A stretch of DNA of 49,055 nt from an uncultured Burkholderiales bacterium. Lineage in GTDB: Bacteria > Pseudomonadota > Gammaproteobacteria > Burkholderiales > Burkholderiaceae_D. Shown piece after piece: positions 9,149 to 17,607 of this stretch (within the stretch, counting starts at the first letter, position 1; every line of letters starts with the position of its first letter). The notes under the pieces are model-generated. The model was not told where the DNA came from, did no database searches, and saw nothing but the letters and a program-made list of their open reading frames with translations. The stretch covers positions 1 through 49,055 of the forward strand of contig CALMOR010000062.1 of NCBI GenBank assembly GCA_937872165.1, read 5' to 3'. A program made the translations under genes and the position numbers.

Positions 9149-9924
9149 GCGAGCAGCTTGAGAGCGTACCGCGCAAGCACGTACGTTTTGCCTGCCTGAA
9201 AGCGTTTCCAGTACTGCGGGTGATGGACCTGGTAGTCCGACTTCACCCCGGCGCCGTCGAGCCACCCCTGCGCCGCACCGCCCAGCGCAATGATGCCGCG
9301 CGGTTCGAGCGCGTCGATCCAGTCGGACGCGCTGCGCTCCCCCTGCTGCGTGTAGGCGTTCGTCCAGAACAGCTGCGCCTCGCCGATCCCCGCGTCCTCC
9401 AGGTGCTGCGCGAGCCAGCCTGAGCACCCGGAGCTGAGCGCGCTGATGAAGGGATAGTTGGGCGCAGTCAGCGGCCAGGACGCTGATGGACGATCGCCGA
9501 CGAGCAGGACCGATTCGCTGGACCAAGCCCCGATCCCCGGATTGAGCGGGATCTTGCTCGTACCTGATTCGATCCGTCCGAGGATGGAAAGGAGCTGACG
9601 CAAATCGTTGCCGGGTGCAACGATTGCGAGGCCGTGCAGGGGTAGGCTTGGGCAGAAACCGGCCGATTGAGCTGAGCAGCAAGCTGCTGCGTTCCTGCCC
9701 AATAGGATTCGCAGCATCATCCGACCGACCGGGATCGAGACGGCCGGACCGTCGAACGTCAGCGCGTACGTGCCGCCCTTCGCGATCTGGCCGCCGATCG
9801 CAATGAGCATGGCCAGCTGCTTGCGGTCGTCGCCAGCAATGCGGACGTGTCGAGCCCCCGAGGCCGACGCGTACTTGTGCGCCAGCCCCGAGTCCTCGAA
9901 CACCGTGATGCTCGGGTAAGTCAT
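9145..9924 (-). CDS. Uracil-DNA-glycosylase-superfamily domain with a degenerate N-terminal (kinase-like?) domain
   Basis: C-half has the UDG-fold motifs LLVGDRP, PF...GCSGWL, WTNA, IIALG and HPQY. Confidence 0.65.
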   Translation of the reverse strand: MTYPSITVFEDSGLAHKYASASGARHVRIAGDDRKQLAMLIAIGGQIAKGGTYALTFDGPAVSIPVGRMMLRILLGRNAAACCSAQSAGFCPSLPLHGLAIVAPGNDLRQLLSILGRIESGTSKIPLNPGIGAWSSESVLLVGDRPSASWPLTAPNYPFISALSSGCSGWLAQHLEDAGIGEAQLFWTNAYTQQGERSASDWIDALEPRGIIALGGAAQGWLDGAGVKSDYQVHHPQYWKRFQAGKTYVLARYALKLLA

Positions 9925-10340
9925 CCGTGCACCCCTCCGCCCGCGAGCAAGGTCTGCAGCTCCTTGATCACGATGTCGAGCACCTGGCGCCTGTCAGCTG
10001 GATCACGCGACAGCAGCATGAGCGTGATGCGCATCTCCGTCGGCGTGAGCAGGTTGTCCTTCGCGTACTGGTTGATGTAGTCCAGCAGCTCGGCCATTGA
10101 CTGGAACGTCTTGGGGGGCGGGCCGTCCAGCAGCTCGCGGTACTTCTCGACGAAGTGCAGCCCCTTCTCCAGGTCCTCGCGGCCGTGCTTCTTGCGGCTG
10201 CGCCCTACGTACTTCGACGCACAGCCCAGGAAGTAGCCGTGGAACACATCGGGCAGGACGTTGTAGATCAGGTCCCAGTGCTGAATGCCGCCGCTGCCCG
10301 CGTAATGCCGGCCGCCGATCTGCTTGCTATTTGCTGACAT
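9921..10340 (-). CDS. DUF3310 (SaV-like/T7 gp1.7-like) protein
   Basis: QIGGRHY...IQHWD...GCASKYVGRSRKKHGREDLEKG matches the DUF3310 pattern. Confidence 0.8.
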   Translation of the reverse strand: MSANSKQIGGRHYAGSGGIQHWDLIYNVLPDVFHGYFLGCASKYVGRSRKKHGREDLEKGLHFVEKYRELLDGPPPKTFQSMAELLDYINQYAKDNLLTPTEMRITLMLLSRDPADRRQVLDIVIKELQTLLAGGGVHG

Positions 10341-10944
10341 AGTGTTCTCCTTGCTTGGTGAGCCGAGTCAGATGCGCGTGCGCGATCCGAAAGGCGGTGT
10401 CGCCGAGCTGCGCCTGCCCGTGCGACGAGTTGAGAACCTGCAGCACGTACGCGATGGCGTTTTCGTGACACAGGAGAAGGGTGCGATGCCGACTGCCCAG
10501 CGCCATCTCGCGAACGGTGTACGCCAGCAATTCCAAGTAGTCGGCCAGCTTGAGCACGTTTCGCTCCTGCAGCTCCAGGCGCTGCTCATACAGCGGCAGT
10601 CCGACCGCATTCATGGACTCGGCCTCCGCTAGTTCGAGCGCTGAGCGCGCCGCGCCGCTCATTGTGCGCTTGGCGGGCGCCGGAATGTCACCGAACTTGG
10701 CCTCAGGCAGGTCGTGCGCGAGCGCGGCCATGAGCAGGTCGACGCTCGGCGCCCCGTCCATGAGCTCGGCACACCACCAGGCGACGGCGAAGGAATGCTG
10801 CCCGACGGTCTGCGGCCGCAGCGTCGGGAACGTGTGGCAGCGGACGACCTCGCTGCCGTCCTCGACGTACTGCGCCCGCGCCTCGGCGTACTGCGCCCGC
10901 GGGTCGAAGGGCTGCGGCCAGGGAGTTGCCCTCGTCTCACTCAC
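10327..10944 (-). CDS. HD-domain 5'-deoxynucleotidase (YfbR-like)
   Basis: R...QTVGQHS...ALAHDLPE...GDIPAPAK...KLADYLE motifs. Confidence 0.85.
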   Translation of the reverse strand: MSETRATPWPQPFDPRAQYAEARAQYVEDGSEVVRCHTFPTLRPQTVGQHSFAVAWWCAELMDGAPSVDLLMAALAHDLPEAKFGDIPAPAKRTMSGAARSALELAEAESMNAVGLPLYEQRLELQERNVLKLADYLELLAYTVREMALGSRHRTLLLCHENAIAYVLQVLNSSHGQAQLGDTAFRIAHAHLTRLTKQGEHYVSK

Positions 10945-11990
10945 AGCTCACCCCCCGGGATCAGACCGAGCTTCGTCATCATCGACGGGCGCGAGCTGAT
11001 CCAGTCGAGCCCCGCCAGTCGCCAGTCCTGCGCGAGGCAGTCGCCGACCGAGCTGATGGCCTCGTGCGCGCGTCCCTGTCGGTAATGCTCGTGTGCGTGC
11101 GCCATGGGGCAGATGACTTCCTGGAACGCCGTCGTGCGATAGTCGTCGCAGCCCGACAGCGGCCGGTTGAGGAACGTCACGAGGTCGACGTGCCACTCAT
11201 CCGTCGCCGAGCCGTCGAGCGGACTGACGGGATCGTCGAGCATCGTGTAGCGATCGTCCGCCGTGTAGCGGACCTCGTACAGACCGTCACGCTTGTACAG
11301 CAGGCGCTTCGTGTCTTCGCGGTCGACGTAGACGTGGAAGTTGTTGCTGAACTGACGGTACACGCCGACGCCGGCGCCCAGCTCGTTGGCCAGGTACTCC
11401 AACAGCACGCTGAAGTGGACTGCGTTGGCCCCGTAGCACCCCCAGATGGCGTCGTTGGAGCGGTTGACGACCGTCATGTTGAGGTGACCGCCGCGCAGAT
11501 CGAAGTAAGCCTGTGTGTTGCACGGGAGGTCCTTCATGCCGGTCATGCCGGTAACGAGGTCAGAACGAGCGTCCCACATGCTCAGCACTGCGCGTCGCGA
11601 TTGCGGATCGCGCCTGAGCTCGTCGACGATGAGCTGGAGCTGATCGAAGCCAAAGTGCTCGCGCCAGCGATGCCCGTAGGCCGAGTGGAACGTCACCGCA
11701 TCGTCGCTGTACTGCGCGATGTTGGCCGCGTAGCGCTTGACGAAGTGGACGTCATTGCGTCCGCCGAGCATCCACAGGGACTCGAACAGGTGGAAGAACG
11801 GGTTGGCCTCGCGGCGGCGCGAGAAGATGACGCGGTGCGTCGGATTGAGGTACTCGGTGATCACCGGTCCCGGGGCGACGAGCACCGGTCCGTTGCGGCT
11901 CGGCTCCTCGACGCCAGCCGTCTTGAGCCACCACAGGGCGTCGAGGAGGGCGATGTTGAGGTTCGGTGCGGTGATCTTGTGCGTAGTCAT
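10941..11990 (-). CDS. Thymidylate-synthase-family enzyme, probably dUMP hydroxymethylase
   Basis: SRRAVL, catalytic DLPCN, NRSND, GAN (Asn indicates dUMP specificity) and NFHVY; adjacent to the 5-hmdU DNA kinase. Confidence 0.88.
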   Translation of the reverse strand: MTTHKITAPNLNIALLDALWWLKTAGVEEPSRNGPVLVAPGPVITEYLNPTHRVIFSRRREANPFFHLFESLWMLGGRNDVHFVKRYAANIAQYSDDAVTFHSAYGHRWREHFGFDQLQLIVDELRRDPQSRRAVLSMWDARSDLVTGMTGMKDLPCNTQAYFDLRGGHLNMTVVNRSNDAIWGCYGANAVHFSVLLEYLANELGAGVGVYRQFSNNFHVYVDREDTKRLLYKRDGLYEVRYTADDRYTMLDDPVSPLDGSATDEWHVDLVTFLNRPLSGCDDYRTTAFQEVICPMAHAHEHYRQGRAHEAISSVGDCLAQDWRLAGLDWISSRPSMMTKLGLIPGGEL

Positions 11991-12016
11991 GACATTGGTC
12001 CTTTCGTTGAGATGTG

Positions 12017-12036
12017 AGGGGCCTTACGCGGCCCCT
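12017..12036 (-). other. GC hairpin spanning the 5-hmdU DNA kinase stop codon
   Basis: AGGGGCC-6nt-GGCCCCT perfect stem with no U tract, ahead of the AAAGGA RBS of the hydroxymethylase. Confidence 0.45.
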
Positions 12037-12914
12037 GGGTACTTGGAGCGCGGCGCGCCCTGGCCGAGCCTGACGCGTTCGTACTTGTCGAACTCGCACA
12101 GGCTGTGCTCGATGTCCCGCATCTCCAGTCGCGGGTATCGCGCGTTGTTCGGCCAGTAGCGCTTGAGCCGCGACATGACCAGCAGCTGCTCCATCGCCGC
12201 TCGATCCATGCCGGGCGACGACTTGGCTGTGAGGGGCAGGCCGGTCAGTCGGTTGAGTCCGCGGATCGCACCCGGTCCAGCGTTGGCCCACGAGTCGATG
12301 TCCGACGCGCCGCGCAGGTAGCGCGTATGGCGCAGGTCCGTGACGACCTCGTACGTCATGAACGGTCCCCAGGCGAAGCCGCGGCCGAGGATCGCGTTGA
12401 AAGCGCCCTCCAGCGTACCGTGTAGCAGGGGCTCGACCTCCTTGCGCGCGTCCCAGAGCCGGCCCAGGTTCGAGTACGCGGTGGTGCGCGACTTCGTCTG
12501 GCCCGTATGCTCCGGCCCCGTCTCGGCCGTGATCATGTACGCACCCGTGTACACCTGCGCGCCCGTCTCGGTGAGCACGTCGAGCGCGATGCGCATTGAC
12601 TCCGGGCTGTAGGACTTGTACGGCCACGGCTGGCTGAACTTTTGCGCCATCAGGTACTCCAGCGTGGGCGGGTGGTTGATGCGCCGCGCGATGGCCAGCA
12701 TGAACCAGAGGTTGGGATGGTCGGCGTAGGGCTCGCGGATGTGCTTGCGAATCCAGATCGTCACCGTGTCCAGCTCGCGATACACGTTGCAGAACCGGTA
12801 ATCGCGCAGGATGCGATCGTCGGTCCAGGGCTTCGGCTCCCCGCGCTCGCGCGCGAGGTAGATGTCGTGCCGCTTGTGCATGTAGTCGAAAAACTCACTG
12901 CTGCGGTCGGTCAC
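12024..12914 (-). CDS. 5-hydroxymethyluracil DNA kinase (aGPT-Pplase1/5-HMUDK family)
   Basis: PWTDDRILRDYRFCNVYRELD, YTGAY, GPFMTYEVVTD, NAGPGAIRGL and DIEHSLCEFDKY motifs; GTG 12914 overlaps the upstream stop (GTGA). Confidence 0.9.
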   Translation of the reverse strand: MTDRSSEFFDYMHKRHDIYLARERGEPKPWTDDRILRDYRFCNVYRELDTVTIWIRKHIREPYADHPNLWFMLAIARRINHPPTLEYLMAQKFSQPWPYKSYSPESMRIALDVLTETGAQVYTGAYMITAETGPEHTGQTKSRTTAYSNLGRLWDARKEVEPLLHGTLEGAFNAILGRGFAWGPFMTYEVVTDLRHTRYLRGASDIDSWANAGPGAIRGLNRLTGLPLTAKSSPGMDRAAMEQLLVMSRLKRYWPNNARYPRLEMRDIEHSLCEFDKYERVRLGQGAPRSKYPGAA

Positions 12915-13495
12915 TTTAGCTCCTTGATCAGTTGACGCACATCTTTGAGGGGCTGCTGATAGCGCAGCACGCCAGTGCGCCGTCCCTTCTCCTCGACGAT
13001 CGCCCGGTTGCGAAGGATCGTGGCGTGGCGCTTGACGGTGTTCTCCTTGTCGAAGGGTTTGATGTTGCCCGCGATGCGCCGTCGCTCGATGACCCGCTCC
13101 ACGCACACGTCTACCGGCGTGTCCAGATAGGTGAACACCCAGCGCTCCTTGAAGTCCTCGCTGTACGCGCCCACGAGCCCGTAGATGGTTGACAGGATGA
13201 GCCCCTCCAGCCACACGTTGTGGCCATAGTCGAGCGCCGTCGACACGCGATCGATGATCTCCTGCTGAGTCTTGATCGTGTCGCAGCCTCCGCAGACGTT
13301 CTCATAGGAGCCGATCACGTGCCACGACTCGCCGGCCGCGTGGCCTTGAGCGTTCGGCCGCAGCGTGTACCCCAGCACCTTGCCCTTCGCACCGTCAACA
13401 CGGCCGACGTGCTTGAAGGAACGCATGAACTCCCGAGTGAGATGGGTCTTGCCCGAGCCCGACGTGCCGCGCACGTTGATGATGAGAGGCTTCAT
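12911..13495 (-). CDS. P-loop nucleotide kinase of the hypermodification cluster
   Basis: IINVRGTSGSGKT Walker A, GSY..VCGGCDTI and WLEG; ATG 13495 in an ATGA overlap. Confidence 0.85.
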   Translation of the reverse strand: MKPLIINVRGTSGSGKTHLTREFMRSFKHVGRVDGAKGKVLGYTLRPNAQGHAAGESWHVIGSYENVCGGCDTIKTQQEIIDRVSTALDYGHNVWLEGLILSTIYGLVGAYSEDFKERWVFTYLDTPVDVCVERVIERRRIAGNIKPFDKENTVKRHATILRNRAIVEEKGRRTGVLRYQQPLKDVRQLIKELK

Positions 13496-13584
13496 CCGAG
13501 ACACCTCACGAAGATCGCCGTGCTCAACATGCCGACAAGGAAGCCGGCGCGCCACCCCATCCACCACTCATAGCCTCTGCTCAT
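13492..13584 (-). CDS. 30-aa hydrophobic peptide
   Basis: MSRGYEWWMGWRAGFLVGMLSTAIFVRCLG; ATGA overlaps at both ends and it fills the gap exactly. Confidence 0.6.
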   Translation of the reverse strand: MSRGYEWWMGWRAGFLVGMLSTAIFVRCLG

Positions 13585-14519
13585 AGCTGAATCTCCCCGA
13601 GCTTGAGCCGCTGCGCCAACGCTCCGAGTAACATGGGTGCGTAGCGAAACCCGGACGACCCCATGGGCTTGCACAAGATGCGGCTCGACCCGTCCAGCGC
13701 GATCCAGCGGCCGTCCCAGCCAGCGCCCGCGATCGGCCGCCACCCCTGAACCGGCTCCGCTATCGCCTTCATCTTGAGCAGATCGCCTCGGCTGAGCTCG
13801 AACGCCCGCGTGCGCAGTGCCTCGAACTTGGGCGGTATCTCCAGCGCCTTCGGCTGCTTCTGCGCGATCATATGGCTGCCGAAGTAGTGCGCGCCGGGCT
13901 CGCCGGGCACCGGGTAGAGGTACGCCATGATGAACTTGCCCTGGCGTAGGTAGAGCGACGGCGCGAGGCGGCCGGGCGTCGTCTTGTCCAGCGCCTTCGC
14001 CTGCCGTATTTCGACCTTGACCTTGACGCTCCAGCCCCACTGAAACGTCGACGCCTCGACGCCGTAGGACGGTCCCTGGAAACCGTGCGTCACGATGTCG
14101 AACGAGCCAGTGGGGCGCGTGTCGCGTCGGGACTTCTCCTCCAGCGCACGGACGTACTGAACGAGGCGCTGCGGATTGAAGTGGAGCGACGGATAGGCGT
14201 ACAGCGTCAGCATGCCAAGCGGCGTCGCACCCCCGGCCGGTGCCCCGTGAGGCGGCGCCTTCGTGTTGTACAGGTAGGGCGCCGCGTCGAGGATGTCGCG
14301 GGGCAGATCACGCCTGTCGTAGGCGCTGCGCCAAAAGTGGTAGCCCTCCATGCCGTCCGACTTGGCTCGACCCGAGGGGAACACGCCGCCCGTCGACGCG
14401 CGCCACGCGTTGAAGGGGCCGTCGAGGTCCGACCAGGTGAACTCGACGCGCTTGCGGCGAAGCAGGAGAGCGATCAGCGAGCCGGTCACGCCCATGCCGG
14501 TGAGATGGATTGGCTTCAT
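13581..14519 (-). CDS. FAD-dependent oxidoreductase (DAO/glycine-oxidase-like)
   Basis: N-terminal Rossmann GMGVTG, AWRASTG, and C-terminal GWRP and GSSGFRYAP; ATG 14519 with AGGAG RBS. Confidence 0.8.
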   Translation of the reverse strand: MKPIHLTGMGVTGSLIALLLRRKRVEFTWSDLDGPFNAWRASTGGVFPSGRAKSDGMEGYHFWRSAYDRRDLPRDILDAAPYLYNTKAPPHGAPAGGATPLGMLTLYAYPSLHFNPQRLVQYVRALEEKSRRDTRPTGSFDIVTHGFQGPSYGVEASTFQWGWSVKVKVEIRQAKALDKTTPGRLAPSLYLRQGKFIMAYLYPVPGEPGAHYFGSHMIAQKQPKALEIPPKFEALRTRAFELSRGDLLKMKAIAEPVQGWRPIAGAGWDGRWIALDGSSRILCKPMGSSGFRYAPMLLGALAQRLKLGEIQL

Positions 14520-15370
14520 GCCTGGTACTCCTCCAGAAGTCCCCAGTTGATGCCAGCGTTGAGCGCTCGGCGCAGCTTGTGGCCGGTCTTGGACGGAAAC
14601 TTGGTGTGCTCCAGTGCGTGCTTGACCTCGTACGCGTCCTTGCCGATGGGGTAGTGCTCCTTGTAGTGCGACTTGTACTTGCACAGGATCGTCTCGGCCT
14701 CCTGCACGTTGAGCTTCCGCGTGCCCGGCCGCGGCACGAGGTTGCGCAGCGACGGCGCGGTCAGCAGCGCCTGCAGGACCGTCTCCGCGCCGAGCGTATT
14801 GCTCAGCAGCGTGTGGTCCGGCGTCCCGAGGAGGAGGAGCGCAGCTCCCTGCGCCGGGTCACGGTAGAGCCCCATGACGCAGTCCTTGAAGTCCACCGGC
14901 ACTTCTAGGACCCGCTCGCCCAGGTCGGCGACCTTGAACGCGATCCACGGACCGAACCCGGTGTAGTCGCGAACGCGGCGCTGAACCTCCTGGAACGTCG
15001 GGCGCAGTCCCACGAGCGAGCCCTGGAACCAGTCATCCACGATCGCCTCGGGCAGCTTGTGGCGCGACGCAAGGTCGCCAGCTGACTCGATCGCTGCTGC
15101 GCCTCTCCAGTGTCGACGCTCAGTGCCGCGCGGATACTCGCTAGAAGCAGCGGCGCGTAAGAGCATGTGCCAGAAGCTGTCCCCGGCTTGCTCTGACATG
15201 GCGCCTGCCAACGGGAGATTGTAGAGGCAGGAGTAGGCCAGGACGAGGCGTTTGCGCTGCCGTAGAGGCAGGTCCGCTCCTGCGATCGCGATGTACACGG
15301 GATCGAGGTCGCCTGACTCGATGAGGACGCGGCCGAAGTCGACCGCGGCGTTGAAGTGAAACAGGTCCAT
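14516..15370 (-). CDS. Amino acid:DNA transferase (aGPT-Pplase2 family)
   Basis: GDLDPVY, PRGTERRHWRG, GFGPWIAFKVADLGERV and QEAETILCKYKSH motifs. Confidence 0.88.
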   Translation of the reverse strand: MDLFHFNAAVDFGRVLIESGDLDPVYIAIAGADLPLRQRKRLVLAYSCLYNLPLAGAMSEQAGDSFWHMLLRAAASSEYPRGTERRHWRGAAAIESAGDLASRHKLPEAIVDDWFQGSLVGLRPTFQEVQRRVRDYTGFGPWIAFKVADLGERVLEVPVDFKDCVMGLYRDPAQGAALLLLGTPDHTLLSNTLGAETVLQALLTAPSLRNLVPRPGTRKLNVQEAETILCKYKSHYKEHYPIGKDAYEVKHALEHTKFPSKTGHKLRRALNAGINWGLLEEYQA

Positions 15371-15382
15371 CTGTACCCCTTA

Positions 15383-15411
15383 GAAGTGAGAACGCCCGCG
15401 CGAAGGCGGGC
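15383..15411 (-). terminator. Possible weak intrinsic terminator after the histone-like gene
   Basis: GCCCGC-CTTCGC-GCGGGC stem followed by GTTCTCACTT. Confidence 0.4.
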
Positions 15412-15446
15412 CGTCCTCGATCCGGCATGCGGCCGGTCGCTGGCGC

Positions 15447-16238
15447 TTACTTGGCGATCTTGAACACGCCTTCCTTGAGGCCCCAGGAGATGTTCATCTT
15501 GGTGACGCCCACGTGCTTGTCCTTGCTGAACTTCTCCAGCAGCTTCGCCCGGGTGATGCCGCCCTCCTTCTTGCCGACGAAGGCTGCCATCTCCTTCATC
15601 GCGGCCGTGATCGCCTTGTCGGCGTTCGCGAGCACGATCACCTGCTTGCCGGCCTCGGCCTCGGCGGCGGCCTTCTTGTCGGCGGCCGAGACGCGCGGCG
15701 CCTTGGGCTCGGCGACCTTCTTGGCCGCGGCCTTCTTGGCGGCCGGCGCCGGGGCAGGCGCCGCTACCTTGGTGGCTGCCTTCTTGGCGGCCGGCGCCGG
15801 AGCCGGAGCTGCGGTCTTGGCCGGCGCCTTCTTGGCCGCGACCTTCTTGGCGGCCGGCGCCGGAGCCGGAGCGGCTGCCGTGTCGGTCGTCGTCGGCGCC
15901 GTCGGGGCGGCGGGCGTTGCTGCTGCGTCTGCTACGGTCTTGATGGGCATTTCGATTCCCTTGGAGAGGTTGATGAGGAACTCACGGGCTGCCGGTGTGA
16001 CCGGAATGTAGCCGCCGCCGAGGTAGGTCGCGGCTGCCTTCGGGGCAGGATAGTCCATGAGGGTCGGATACTGCTCGACGAAGGTGTCGAGCGGCGTCCG
16101 CACGAGGTCGAGCTGTCCCGCCATGGGAACGTGCTCGACGACGATCTTGCGTGTTCCCGAGACGCCGAGCACGATGGTCGTGTGGCGATTGACGTCTTGG
16201 TACACAGTGTTGGCGAAGATGGCGGTGGCGAGAGACAT
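15447..16238 (-). CDS. Ala/Lys/Pro-rich histone H1-like DNA-binding protein with an N-terminal globular domain
   Basis: Repeats APAPAPAAKK/KKAAAKK; possible in-frame internal start at 15950 with an AAGGGAA RBS. Confidence 0.7.
   Translation of the reverse strand: MSLATAIFANTVYQDVNRHTTIVLGVSGTRKIVVEHVPMAGQLDLVRTPLDTFVEQYPTLMDYPAPKAAATYLGGGYIPVTPAAREFLINLSKGIEMPIKTVADAAATPAAPTAPTTTDTAAAPAPAPAAKKVAAKKAPAKTAAPAPAPAAKKAATKVAAPAPAPAAKKAAAKKVAEPKAPRVSAADKKAAAEAEAGKQVIVLANADKAITAAMKEMAAFVGKKEGGITRAKLLEKFSKDKHVGVTKMNISWGLKEGVFKIAK
15690..15880. repeat. Coding tandem repeats (APAPAPAAKK units)
   Basis: Three copies of CCTTCTTGGCGGCCGGCGCCGG plus shorter CCTTCTTGGCCGCG units. Confidence 0.8.
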
Positions 16239-16486
16239 CAGAAGCCTCCCGTCAGGTCAATGATCATGGGCAGGACAATGCCCTTGGGGCGCGGCTGACC
16301 GTTGACGTCCCGCAACGAGAGGTCCGCGGCGCAGCCCGTCATCGTGAGGTTGTGCACCGGCGCCTTGAAGTTGTCGCGGACGTAGGCGGTGACGGCGATC
16401 AGCGTGACCTCGGGCTGGCAAAGCAGCGTCCGGTCGACGCAGTTGCCGTCGTGAAAGCGAAGCAGGGTAGCCTGCTGAGTGTCCAT
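16238..16486 (-). CDS. Hypothetical protein
   Basis: AAGGGAA RBS; first gene after the promoter at 16543-16571; TGATG coupling to the next gene. Confidence 0.6.
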   Translation of the reverse strand: MDTQQATLLRFHDGNCVDRTLLCQPEVTLIAVTAYVRDNFKAPVHNLTMTGCAADLSLRDVNGQPRPKGIVLPMIIDLTGGF

Positions 16487-16542
16487 GTTGATCGTTCCCT
16501 TGAGCTGATGAATCCGGGGTACTGCCCGGTCAGGAAAGCGCG

Positions 16543-16571
16543 ACTCTACGCGCGTTCAGGATGAAAGTCTA
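16543..16571 (-). promoter_or_regulatory. Sigma70-like promoter TAGACT-N17-TAGAGT
   Basis: Member of the repeated GCTAGAC promoter family; the -35 box contains the upstream TAG stop. Confidence 0.55.
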
Positions 16572-16892
16572 GCGCCGCTCGGGCCGCACGAACTTCTTGA
16601 TGAGGTCCGGCCGTTCCTCCAGCGGCCCAGGCTTCGGTCGTCGCGGTTGATTCGGTACTCGGCTGCGCAGGCTTTCCAGCTGCTCGATTGCGTCACCGAG
16701 ATAGCTGGCTGCCCACTCGAACGCGTTGCCGTTGTGGTCGAGTAAGGCAGCCAGATTGCCGTTCAACTTGCCCGCCTCCTCCAGCGCCTCGTACCGGGTG
16801 TCCAGCTGCTTTTCCCGACTCTTCAACATGCGCTGCGTCGCCTTGAGCTTGCGGATGAGCGGTTTCAGCGCGTCGATCTCAGCCCGCTTCAT
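16569..16892 (-). CDS. Hypothetical coiled-coil protein
   Basis: ATG 16892 in an ATGA overlap (MKRAEIDALKP...). Confidence 0.55.
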   Translation of the reverse strand: MKRAEIDALKPLIRKLKATQRMLKSREKQLDTRYEALEEAGKLNGNLAALLDHNGNAFEWAASYLGDAIEQLESLRSRVPNQPRRPKPGPLEERPDLIKKFVRPERR

Positions 16893-17338
16893 AGCGACAC
16901 CCCCATCTGCTCGGCGCAGTCCGGACCGATCCCAGCAGCGATCGACTCGGGCACGGTGAGCTTCTGACCGCAGCGACCGCACGTCCCTTCGTGCCAGACT
17001 TCCAGCTCAGGCGGAATCAACCCGCCGTTCAGTCGCGCCATGAACCAGCGCAGGGCGACGAACGACGGCGCATCGCGGCTGACCTTGGAATTGGCGGTGC
17101 TGCGGACGTTCAACGGCTCCTGTCGGTCGAGGACGCCCATGTAGCGGAAGTCGTCGACGTTGTTGGGGCCGCCGAGCAGCTTGACGAAGTACGCCGGCTT
17201 GGAGCTGCGCTCGATCAACGATAGCTTGTAGGTGTACCTGACCCCCGTGCGGAGCGAGCGCAGGGTGAAGGTCGCGTTGCCTGCGAGGATGAAGCGCAGG
17301 ATGTCCGGTACGTGAACGAGGCGGTGGGCGACGCTCAC
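16889..17338 (-). CDS. DUF6011-family zinc-finger protein
   Basis: FILAGNATFT...YFV..L.GP.N..D..Y.G...HEGTCGRCGQKLTVPESIAAGIGPDC. Confidence 0.75.
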   Translation of the reverse strand: MSVAHRLVHVPDILRFILAGNATFTLRSLRTGVRYTYKLSLIERSSKPAYFVKLLGGPNNVDDFRYMGVLDRQEPLNVRSTANSKVSRDAPSFVALRWFMARLNGGLIPPELEVWHEGTCGRCGQKLTVPESIAAGIGPDCAEQMGVSL

Positions 17339-17544
17339 TTGACCACCTTGCTGTAGCTGTTCATGGCGTGGTAGAGACCGGCCAGGTACGCGACGCGGAA
17401 GGACTCGATGTTGGCCGTTGCGCACGTCGCCTTGTGCTGCTTCCAGGCAGCCTCGAACGCAGTGCGCGTGGTGAAGTCGTTGCGCTGATCAGCCGCGACG
17501 CCAAACACGGAGGTCTGAGACAGGTTGTCGTCAAGAGTAGGCAT
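17335..17544 (-). CDS. Hypothetical protein
   Basis: MPTLDDNL...; its stop overlaps the next start (GTGA); no SD upstream. Confidence 0.5.
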   Translation of the reverse strand: MPTLDDNLSQTSVFGVAADQRNDFTTRTAFEAAWKQHKATCATANIESFRVAYLAGLYHAMNSYSKVVK

Positions 17545-17607
17545 GATGGAGGACGTAGAGGACGAGGATGTAGAGGGGGAGGCCAACCAGAACGAGGGTG
17601 CGGCGGA

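Noticed and set aside
15690-15880. Direct repeats resembling a CRISPR array
   Set aside because: In-frame coding repeats of the AKP-rich protein with no unique spacers.
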